DNA of 14,104 bases from Microcystaceae cyanobacterium (GCA_041746575.1 JBGTGT010000065.1:1-14104), one strand, 5' to 3'; shown: positions 1-6,615, counted from the stretch's first letter. Notes: generated by a model not told the origin, from the sequence alone. Made by a program: numbers and translations.

Positions 1-139
1 CCTTTCCCTGAAAAACGACGAAATACTCCTGAGTTTTTCTTTTCTAGCAATCCTCTTATTTCTGCGTAAAGATTTTGGAGATAACCCTTTTTTAAAACTC
101 CCTTGACATCTGGCTTACAGTCTTAAGTTGTCACGAATG
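1..139 (+). mobile_element. Right end of a probable IS4-family insertion sequence (possible transposase C-terminus plus terminal inverted repeat)
   Basis: Frame 1 is open from the window edge (PFPEKRRNTPEFFFSSNPLISA*, stop 67-69). CTTAAGTTGTCACGAATG at 122-139 resembles the CTTAAGTTGACAC.AATG terminus I recall for cyanobacterial IS4-type elements. An unrelated start-less reading frame opens at 141. Family call is from recall. Confidence 0.55.
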
Positions 140-140
140 A

Positions 141-649
141 TTAACTGTAGATTCACAAATAGAGACAAATATTGAAATTTTGTATAAAAATAATCCATTA
201 AATTCATTATATAAAACGGTTTTTACTATAAGAAATGAAGGAAACGAAACGATTTCCGATATATCTTGTAATATAGAGTTTGAGGAACAAGAAGTAAATA
301 ATAGTATTTTAGAGTTCTTTGCAGAAGACAGGACAGGTAAAATACTTCAGAATTCTAATATTAATATCAACTTAACTAATAAAGGAGTAAATTTGTCTAT
401 TAATTTTTTAAATTCCTTTAGAGATTATAAGGACAAAATTTCTTTAACTATTTATTCTACTGAACCTTTGAGTGTAAAAAATGCTACAGGAGAGGTAGAG
501 GATGGGGAGTAAAATATAAAGACTACTGGAACTTAAGTCAAAAAACAGAGAAAATTGATAAAATTCTAAGTTTTTTGGGAACTGGAATTTCATTTGCATT
601 TGTATTTCTTGGAATTATCGGAATCATAATTGCTATTAGTTTGAGATAG
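141..649 (+). pseudogene. 5'-truncated, frameshifted hypothetical protein with a C-terminal transmembrane helix
   Basis: The 180..512 frame is open back to 141 (LTVDSQIETNIEILYKNN...), next to the IS end. A -1 shift near 489-503 continues RGRGWGVKYKDYWNLSQKTEKIDKILSFLGTGISFAFVFLGIIGIIIAISLR* (TAG 647-649), a clear hydrophobic tail. Confidence 0.6.
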
Positions 650-737
650 TGCGATCGCCAATCTTGTAGGGTGCATTAGATCGCTGATCTTATAGATTGC
701 AAAGCACGGAGTGTAATGCACCTTAATTAATCTATTT
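647..737 (+). repeat. Post-stop repeat element copy 1: TAG + HIP1 + GTAG REP-like inverted repeat + TTAATTAA
   Basis: GCGATCGC at 651-658. GTAG 666-669 is followed by GGTGCATTA (670-678), with its perfect complement TAATGCACC at 714-722. TTAATTAA at 723-730. 647-675 matches 1254-1282 at 24/29, and 680-737 matches 1261-1318 at 45/58, both ungapped (hand count). Confidence 0.8.
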
Positions 738-765
738 GATAACACTCTTAAGTTTAGGTTACGAT
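736..765 (+). promoter_or_regulatory. Candidate sigma70-type promoter for the antitoxin-RelE operon
   Basis: TTGATA (736-741), 18 nt spacer, TACGAT (760-765), about 35 nt upstream of ATG 800. Confidence 0.35.
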
Positions 766-799
766 AGCCTATAGACTTTATCAATTTCTATTGACTACT

Positions 800-1003
800 A
801 TGATCACTCAAGCAAAAGAACCTGAAATCGTCCTTAGAAATGGAAAACCAGTAGCAGTAATTCTCGATATTGACGTTTATCAAGAAATATTAGAAAAACT
901 TGAAGCCATCGAAGATTTAGAGATTTTAGCTAAGATGAGACAAGAAAAGCTAGAATTTCGCTCCTTAGATGATTTTCTTCACGAATATAACCCTGATGTA
1001 TAG
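800..1003 (+). CDS. Type II antitoxin, Phd/YefM-like
   Basis: PEIVLRNGKPVAVILDIDVYQEILEKLE has the Phd-type 'I..NGKP.AV' N-terminus and an acidic C-terminus. It overlaps the downstream toxin. ATG 800 is preferred over TTG 791. Confidence 0.8.
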   Translation: MITQAKEPEIVLRNGKPVAVILDIDVYQEILEKLEAIEDLEILAKMRQEKLEFRSLDDFLHEYNPDV

Positions 1004-1256
1004 CGTTTTTCTGGAAAAAAGAGCAGAACGAGATTTAAAGAAATTACCTACTGATTTATTTTATCGGATTATGCCCGTTATTCAGGCTCTAAGGAATAAT
1101 CCCAGACCGTCTGGTTGTCTTAAACTAAAAAATACCCTTCAAGATTACCGAATACGAGTAGGAGATTATCGAATTCTTTATGAATATGAAATTGATGATA
1201 AAAGTCAGGTAGTAAAAGTAATGCGGGTTAGACACAGAAGAGAAAGCTATCGTTAG
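996..1256 (+). CDS. relE: Type II toxin, RelE/ParE superfamily (RelE/StbE-like mRNA interferase)
   Basis: MYSVFLEKRAERDLKKL...NPRPSGCLKLK...YRIRVGDYRILY...VMRVRHRRESYR carries canonical RelE motifs. ATG 996 overlaps the antitoxin end. Contains an in-frame TATGAA duplication at 1179-1190. Confidence 0.9.
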   Translation: MYSVFLEKRAERDLKKLPTDLFYRIMPVIQALRNNPRPSGCLKLKNTLQDYRIRVGDYRILYEYEIDDKSQVVKVMRVRHRRESYR

Positions 1257-1318
1257 CGCAATCGCTACTCTTGTAGAGTGCAAAAATGTGCGTGTAATGC
1301 TGCTTAATTAATTTATTT
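1254..1318 (+). repeat. Post-stop repeat element copy 2 (degenerate)
   Basis: TAG-c-GCAATCGC-tactcttGTAGAGTGC...GTGTAATGC...TTAATTAA (1304-1311). It begins at the relE stop codon and aligns to copy 1. Confidence 0.8.
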
Positions 1319-1384
1319 TAGCTGATCTGTGTAGTAAAATGAAACAAGATACTAGATTTATCCTTTAAAACCTCAAAAATCATC

Positions 1385-1644
1385 ATGAATATTAAACTAA
1401 AACCTAATCAAGAACAATTTATCCAAGAACAGTTAAAAAGTGGTAGATTGAACAACGCAGAACAAGTCATTGATACTGCTTTTCATTATTAGAAAACCTC
1501 AATGAAGATTACTTACAATGGGTAGAAGAAACTCGTCAAAAAATTGATTTTGCTATAGAAGAATTAGATAAAGAAGAAGGATTATATGGAGAAACAGTTA
1601 TTAATGAAATACTCGGAAAATTTCAACAAGAAAAACACAAATAA
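1385..1644 (+). pseudogene. ParD-like (ribbon-helix-helix) antitoxin, frameshifted
   Basis: MNIKLKPNQEQFIQEQLKSGRLNNAEQVIDTAF stops at 1490-1492. A -1 shift at ~1485 continues LLENLNEDYLQWVEETRQKIDFAIEELDKEEGLYGETVINEILGKFQQEKHK* (TAA 1642-1644). The joined sequence looks like a cyanobacterial ParD and precedes a ParE start. Confidence 0.85.
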
Positions 1645-1646
1645 AC

Positions 1647-1709
1647 ATGAATCGTTATATTATCTCTCCCTCAGCAAGTCAAGATTTAAACACAATCGCT
1701 AGAAACTAA
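1647..1709 (+). pseudogene. ParE-family toxin N-terminal remnant (~18 codons)
   Basis: MNRYIISPSASQDLNTIA matches the ParE N-terminal 'Y.ISP.A..DL..I' pattern and starts 2 nt after the parD stop. Similarity ends at ACAATCGCT (1692-1700); TAA at 1707-1709. Confidence 0.8.
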
Positions 1710-1725
1710 GTTAAGATTATCTATC

Positions 1726-2142
1726 ATGTCAGCTAAAGATAAATTTCATCGTGTGGTAAAAGTTGCTTTAGAAAAAGAAGGGTGGAAAATTACAGATGAT
1801 CCCTTTTATCTTAGTTTTGGTGCGGTAGATGTCTATATTGATTTAGCCGCAAAAAAATTAATCGTAGCTGAAAAAGAAGGTCAAAAAATTGCGGTAGAAG
1901 TCAAAATTTTTCTAGGAAGCTCAACCATTTCTGATTTTCATTTAGCAGTCGGTCAATTTATCAATTATCGAACGATTTTAAATCAAAAAGATCCCAAGCG
2001 TATCCTTTACCCTGCTATCCCTTAAGCAGCTTATACGAGCTTTTTTCTGCTAGAATTTACTCAAATGATTATCAATAACTATCATCTTAAATTTATTGTC
2101 TATGATATAGAAAAGGAGGTTATTATCAAATGGCAAAACTAG
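1726..2142 (+). pseudogene. xisH: XisH-family protein with a premature stop
   Basis: MSAKDKFH...GWKITDDP...DLAA.KLI.AEK...IAVEVK...GQFINYR is XisH. After TAA 2023-2025 the same frame continues AAYTSFFLLEFTQMIINNYHLKFIVYDIEKEVIIKWQN* (TAG 2140-2142), the expected C-terminus overlapping xisI. Confidence 0.9.
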
Positions 2143-2471
2143 AACAATATCGAGACGCTATTAAAAAACTCCTATTTCAGTATGCTAATTATAAACACGC
2201 TTACGGAAACATTGAAAATCAAGTTATTTTCGATATAGAGCATGAGCATGATCATTATCAATTAGTTCATGTTGGATGGGAACAAAATACAAGGATTTAT
2301 GGTTGTTCAATTCATTTAGATATTAAAAATGATAAAATTTGGATTCAATGGAATTCAACTGATGTTGATATCGCTGAGGAATTAATTAATTTAGGTGTTC
2401 TTAGAGAGGATATCGTTTTAGGATTTCAGCCTGAATATATGCGACAATATGCAGATTATGCTGTGAGTTAG
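2130..2471 (+). CDS. xisI: XisI-family protein
   Basis: MAKLEQYR...DHYQLVHVGW...YGCSIHLDIKNDKIWIQ...IAEEL...GV..EDIVLGF..YMRQY.DYAV is the XisI signature. RBS AAGGAGG upstream. Confidence 0.93.
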   Translation: MAKLEQYRDAIKKLLFQYANYKHAYGNIENQVIFDIEHEHDHYQLVHVGWEQNTRIYGCSIHLDIKNDKIWIQWNSTDVDIAEELINLGVLREDIVLGFQPEYMRQYADYAVS

Positions 2472-2483
2472 TGATGGTAATTT

Positions 2484-2660
2484 ATGGTGATAGAAGACAA
2501 TAAACTGCAAGCAGGGAAGTTTATCAGTGAAATTGCCAAAATTTGCGGTGTTGGAGGCGGAGGTCGTCCAAATTTGGCGCAAGCAGGGGGACGAGATGCG
2601 AGTAAGTTGGATGAAGCGTTAACGGTTGCGAAAGAGAAGTTAAGGGAAGGTTTGAAATAA
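2484..2660 (+). pseudogene. alaS: Orphan 3' fragment of alanyl-tRNA synthetase (C-terminal DHHA1/C-Ala region)
   Basis: [58 protein letters not shown] (58 aa) carries the AlaRS C-terminal GGGGGRP.LAQAGG motif. No upstream alaS sequence is in the window. Confidence 0.9.
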
Positions 2661-2667
2661 GCGTTTT

Positions 2668-2693
2668 AGGGTGGGTTTTATGCTTACCTTTTT
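2668..2693 (+). terminator. Probable intrinsic terminator / degenerate REP-like hairpin after the alaS fragment
   Basis: GGTGGGT-TTTAT-GCTTACC stem with G-U pairs, followed by TTTTT, 7 nt after the stop. Confidence 0.45.
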
Positions 2694-2748
2694 GATAAAT
2701 ATTGAGTATAATTTACCTAAAAGACTAATCTAGGAATGTCTTGCAACT

Positions 2749-2916
2749 ATGATTCCATTAAAAACCTTTACTAGCGAAAAACGTCCTTGGATAGTTAATA
2801 CATTAAGAAATATGTGGAATTATATTTTTAAATATGAACAAACAAGACAGCAAGAACAAGGCACTGGTCAGTTACTGCAAAGTTATGCTTCCAGTTACAA
2901 AAACAAAATAATTTAA
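2749..2916 (+). CDS. Possible 55-aa small protein
   Basis: ATG 2749 to TAA 2914-2916 (MIPLKTFTSEKRPWIVNTLRNMWNYIFKYEQ...), with TATAAT at 2707-2712 upstream. No recognised family. Confidence 0.3.
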   Translation: MIPLKTFTSEKRPWIVNTLRNMWNYIFKYEQTRQQEQGTGQLLQSYASSYKNKII

Positions 2917-2932
2917 TCCGATTCAGATGCTA

Positions 2933-3006
2933 TGGACGTAACTGGATTCGAACCAGTGACCCCATCGATGTCAACGATGTACTCTAACCAACTGAGCTAT
3001 ACGTCC
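2933..3006 (-). tRNA. trnV: tRNA-Val(GAC)
   Basis: Reverse complement GGACGTATAGCTCAGTTGGTTAGAGTACATCGTTGACATCGATGGGGTCACTGGTTCGAATCCAGTTACGTCCA. Acceptor stem GGACGTA/TACGTCC, anticodon stem CATCG/CGATG with GAC, T-loop GGTTCGAATCC. CCA not encoded. Confidence 0.98.
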
Positions 3007-3018
3007 GTGCGATTAGTT

Positions 3019-3047
3019 ATCATAACATAAACGTTTGGTCCGAGCAA
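3019..3047 (-). promoter_or_regulatory. Candidate tRNA-Val promoter
   Basis: Minus strand TTGCTC (3047-3042), 17 nt spacer, extended -10 TGtTATGAT (-10 at 3024-3019), 12 nt before the tRNA 5' end. Confidence 0.6.
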
Positions 3048-3150
3048 ATCCTCCTCCCAAAAATCTCTCTGTCAAAAGATCAGCAAAAAGGAGCGTGATT
3101 TGTTACAATGATTCACTGCCATCATAATAAACTAATAATCGAGAACGTCT

Positions 3151-3654
3151 TTGAGTCAAGCTGTTGATATTTCCAATCTAGATACCCTAGCGCAGGAACT
3201 TGCGGCTATCCAGCAAACCGGTTCTAAACGAGTCGCTCTACTCGGCTCGCGCCACGTTCCCATCACCCATCAGCAACTCATTGAAATGATGAGTTATGCT
3301 CTTGTTTTAGGGGGAAATCGTCTGATGACCTCAGGTGCCGCTGGAACCAATGCCGCCGCTATTAAAGGAGCAATGCGTGCAGACCCCAATCTTCTAACGG
3401 TTATCTTACCTCAAAGTTTAGATCGTCAACCCAGAGAATCCCAAGAACAACTGCGACAAGTCATCCATTTAGTCGAAAACCCTGAAAATGATCATTTACC
3501 GTTAGGAGAAGCCAGCGCAATCTGTAACCGTGAAATTGTTGCACGCTGTCAGCATTTGATTTGTTTTGCTTTTCACAACAGTCATACCCTCTTGCAAACC
3601 TGCCAAGAAGCAGAAGAGCAGCGAAAACTGGTTACTCTTTTCTATTTTGATTAA
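3151..3654 (+). CDS. Short DprA/Smf-like Rossmann-fold protein (cyanobacterial type)
   Basis: VALLGSRH...LMTSGAAGTNAAAIKGA...CNREIV parallels the DprA/SLOG motifs (VAIVGSR, SG.A.G.D..A, RNRII). TTG start. Confidence 0.8.
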   Translation: MSQAVDISNLDTLAQELAAIQQTGSKRVALLGSRHVPITHQQLIEMMSYALVLGGNRLMTSGAAGTNAAAIKGAMRADPNLLTVILPQSLDRQPRESQEQLRQVIHLVENPENDHLPLGEASAICNREIVARCQHLICFAFHNSHTLLQTCQEAEEQRKLVTLFYFD

Positions 3655-4526
3655 GCTTGTTTTTGATGGAGCAACCAAAATCCTGCAAAAGATTCTGCCT
3701 CGGCACTGCTTTGAATTCCCAAAAAATGGAGTCCATTAGCCTGTTGCTTGGCCTTTTCAAATCCTTGTGCTTCGACAAGGGTTTTAGCGTCCGTTATATT
3801 GGCGAGAATCCAACTTTCGCTGATGCCCGTCTCAAGACAAACGAAAGGACGAGATCCCGACTCAAAACGTAAAAATGCTATTTCCAAGCCTGACAACCAA
3901 GCGGCAAACGCTAAAGCACGAGGGGAAAAGATTAATAAACCCGGAATGCGCGTTTCTGGGCTGATATCCATAGCTTGAATTGGTAAAGCTTCGCCAAAAC
4001 TCATCTCCCATTCGTTTAAGTCTCGTAATCCGAGGGCGTCTAGACTGACTAACGCCCAGCGATCGCCTTTATCGCCTCGCACGGCATCGGGCAAAAAAAC
4101 AGGATTAGAAGCAGGATATTGAACAGAAGCGGATGTAGCAGATCCTTCATCATAACCGTCTTGTTTCGGATAAAAATCTCTCATCCGAGCAGTAATCCAT
4201 TGATTTAAAGCATAGGTACGGCGGCTCGGCGCAGGGGCAATTCCCGCTTCTTCACAGCCTTTCGTAATCATATTATTCATCTGACGCCGGAAAAATCGGA
4301 TTTTTTGAGGAGTTTCTCCTGATTCTGCGATGGCTTTTTCTATAGCTTGCCTCAACCACAGCGAGTTAACCGTGTTACTCGGGCAAAACTGACTATAACG
4401 AAACAAATCATCTAGCGATTGATTCACATCCGATGGCGTTTCACAAATCAACACTTCCCAAACTTTTTTTTGATTTTCATCCAAAATTGGACGAGAATAA
4501 AAATCCAGTTCCCAAATTTTACCCAT
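3651..4526 (-). CDS. Tab2/Atab2-family RNA-binding protein (DUF1092)
   Basis: IWELDFYSRPILDENQKKVWE.LIC, VNSLWL, IRFFRRQM and the C-terminal FAGFWLL are characteristic of this family. Confidence 0.92.
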   Translation of the reverse strand: MGKIWELDFYSRPILDENQKKVWEVLICETPSDVNQSLDDLFRYSQFCPSNTVNSLWLRQAIEKAIAESGETPQKIRFFRRQMNNMITKGCEEAGIAPAPSRRTYALNQWITARMRDFYPKQDGYDEGSATSASVQYPASNPVFLPDAVRGDKGDRWALVSLDALGLRDLNEWEMSFGEALPIQAMDISPETRIPGLLIFSPRALAFAAWLSGLEIAFLRFESGSRPFVCLETGISESWILANITDAKTLVEAQGFEKAKQQANGLHFLGIQSSAEAESFAGFWLLHQKQA

Positions 4527-4537
4527 TTTCGCCTCGT

Positions 4538-5551
4538 TTAAGTTACATTATTCGTCTCGCCAATCACTTCTCGTACGCGATAAATCGGTCGTTTTTGAGA
4601 TTCGTGATAGGTTCGCATCAAGATTTCTGCTAATAAGCCTAGACTAAACCATTGTACTCCGGTTACGACCAATAAAACCGCTAAAATGAGTAAAGGACGA
4701 TTTCCAATCTGTTGACCTAACCCTAATTTTAAATAGGTTAAATAAAGTCCCAAAAGAAAGCCTAATCCCATCGTTCCTAAGCCTACTATTCCAAAGACGT
4801 GCATAGGACGAGTTAAGAATTTTTTGATGAAAAAGACTGTCACCAAATCCATCAGCACTCGAATGGTGCGCCCTAATCCATATTTACTTTTGCCGTATTT
4901 TCGGGCATGGTGATTAACAGAAATTTCGGCAATTCTTGCGCCTTCAATATAAGCTAATGCAGGTAAAAAACGATGCAATTCTCCATAAAGGTTAAGGTCG
5001 GCAATTAATTCGGCTCGATAGGCTTTTAATGAACAACCATAATCGTGTAATTTGACCCCTAAAACCTGTCCAATGATCTCATTGGCAATCGCTGAAGGAA
5101 GAAGGCGAGTAATTTTGTCGTCCTGCCGATTTTGACGCCAACCACTCACTAAATCATACCCTTCATTGAGCTTATCAATTAACTTAGGAATGTCGGCCGG
5201 ATCATTTTGTAAGTCACCATCTAAAGTCACAATAATTTGACCTTTAGCGTGGTTAAATCCAGCGGCGATCGCAGGAGTTTGACCATAGTTGCGACGCAAA
5301 ATAATAGCTTTTAACGTAGGATAAATAACGGCTAATTGCTTTAAAACTACGGATGAATTATCTTGAGAACCATCATCAACAGCAATCATTTCATAGGTTA
5401 AAGATTGATGATTTAGAGTATGGGCAATTGCTTCAATTAAGAGGGGAATACTATCTTCTTCATTATAAATAGGAATGACAACGGAAACATCTATGGTTTT
5501 CCGTGCATGAGGTGGAGCCACCTGAGCATCATAATCTTGCAGTTGATTCAT
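4538..5551 (-). CDS. GT2 polyprenyl-phosphate glycosyltransferase (ArnC/GtrB/DPM synthase-like)
   Basis: SVVIPIYNEE, VDDGSQD, RNYGQTPA, LDGDLQNDP, LHDYGCSLKAYR, ELHRFLP, and two C-terminal TM helices. Confidence 0.93.
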   Translation of the reverse strand: MNQLQDYDAQVAPPHARKTIDVSVVIPIYNEEDSIPLLIEAIAHTLNHQSLTYEMIAVDDGSQDNSSVVLKQLAVIYPTLKAIILRRNYGQTPAIAAGFNHAKGQIIVTLDGDLQNDPADIPKLIDKLNEGYDLVSGWRQNRQDDKITRLLPSAIANEIIGQVLGVKLHDYGCSLKAYRAELIADLNLYGELHRFLPALAYIEGARIAEISVNHHARKYGKSKYGLGRTIRVLMDLVTVFFIKKFLTRPMHVFGIVGLGTMGLGFLLGLYLTYLKLGLGQQIGNRPLLILAVLLVVTGVQWFSLGLLAEILMRTYHESQKRPIYRVREVIGETNNVT

Positions 5552-5736
5552 CTTTAATCTCGCCTTAGGGATTTACTTTCTGTTGGCGTTAAAATTTGGT
5601 TTGATTTGTATCCCTAACCCCATTGCAATTTTTTTGAGGATGAAATCCTCGGTTTTGAGTCTTAGAAAATAAACAATCGTGAGTTGGAAAAAAGTTAATT
5701 TTATAAAATTGAAAAACGCTAAAGGGGTTATTCGAT

Positions 5737-5755
5737 TCAAATGATTATCATTATT
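5737..5755. promoter_or_regulatory. Candidate Fur-family operator
   Basis: Reverse complement AATAATGATAATCATTTGA matches the classical Fur box GATAATGATAATCATTATC at 15/19 (15 contiguous). It lies in a divergent intergenic region. Confidence 0.4.
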
Positions 5756-5919
5756 TACGATACCATAAATGATACGGTCTGACTAGCACAAACTTAAAGG
5801 TCACAAAATTAGGTAAAAATTTATCCTCAAAAATATTTTGTATAATCGTGCCGTTTTCTCAAGAGTAGGTTAAAATGACAAAAAAATGTATATTCTAGGT
5901 AAAAACGGTTGCTCCTCCA

Positions 5920-6615
5920 ATGACGAACTCTAAAGGCTATTTTCAGTATTTTAACTTCGGGCTAGGCCAATTAATTGACCGCACTTTGTCTAAGAAAAGG
6001 AGAGAAATTTTTCATTGTTTTCTTAAAGAAATGACGCCAGAAGAAACAGATACTATTCTAGACATAGGAGTTTCTGACGAAGATCATCCTTCGTCTAATA
6101 TGTTTGAAAAACTCTATCCCTATCCTCATAGAATAACAGCCGTAGGGATTGATAATTTTAACCATCTGGAGAAAATCTATCCGGGTTTAACCTTTGTTCA
6201 AGCAGATGGCAGAATGCTTCCTTTTCCAGACCAGACGTTTGATTATGTCTATTCCCATGCTGTTCTTGAGCATACAGGTTCAAGAGAATTACAACTAAAA
6301 TTTTTAAAAGAAGCCTTTCGAGTCGCCATTAAAGGGGTTTTTATGACAACGCCTAATCGCTCCCATCCTATTGAATTTCACACTGCCCTTCCCCTACTTC
6401 ATTATCTTCCTCATTCGTGGTATCGCAAAATTTATCGGTTATTAGGAAAACGCTTCTATTCAACTGAAGAGAATCTCAATCTTTTAACGGCTAAAGAGTT
6501 ATTCACTCTAGCTGAATGCTTATCTAATGAGAAAGTAAATTACAAAATAAGAGACACTAAATTTCTTTTCTTTAGTGCCAATTTAATTCTCATTCTTAAA
6601 CGCTCAATGTTTTAA
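5920..6615 (+). CDS. Class I SAM-dependent methyltransferase
   Basis: ILDIGV (motif I), QADGRMLPFPDQTFDYVYSHAVLEH, FMTTPNR..PIE.HT.LP. Confidence 0.9.
   Translation: MTNSKGYFQYFNFGLGQLIDRTLSKKRREIFHCFLKEMTPEETDTILDIGVSDEDHPSSNMFEKLYPYPHRITAVGIDNFNHLEKIYPGLTFVQADGRMLPFPDQTFDYVYSHAVLEHTGSRELQLKFLKEAFRVAIKGVFMTTPNRSHPIEFHTALPLLHYLPHSWYRKIYRLLGKRFYSTEENLNLLTAKELFTLAECLSNEKVNYKIRDTKFLFFSANLILILKRSMF

Noticed and set aside
103..129. Outward IS promoter (TTGACA 103-108)
   Set aside because: The best -10 (TAAGTT 124-129) is only 15 nt away, so the spacing is poor.
590..784. 64-aa minus-strand ORF
   Set aside because: It is antisense to the TM tail of the pseudogene, the repeat element and the TA promoter, and has no recognisable motif.
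969..995. Longer RelE start (ATG 969)
   Set aside because: It adds an atypical leader inside the antitoxin. ATG 996 gives the usual RelE N-terminus.
647..1318. CRISPR array or classical integron attC sites
   Set aside because: Only two degenerate copies about 600 bp apart, no regular spacers, no cas or intI gene, and no RYYYAAC...GTTRRRY boxes seen.
1726..2471. fdxN excision element (heterocyst rearrangement)
   Set aside because: No xisF recombinase, fdxN or nif genes in the window, and xisH is broken.
2933..2960. tRNA-Val 3' end as the attachment site of the left-hand island
   Set aside because: No duplicate tRNA 3' end or integrase in the window. The alaS tail explains the boundary better, though this cannot be excluded.
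3657..4633. Plus-strand ORFs 3657..3872, 3748..3978 and 4433..4633
   Set aside because: Shadow ORFs opposite the well-supported tab2 and GT2 genes.
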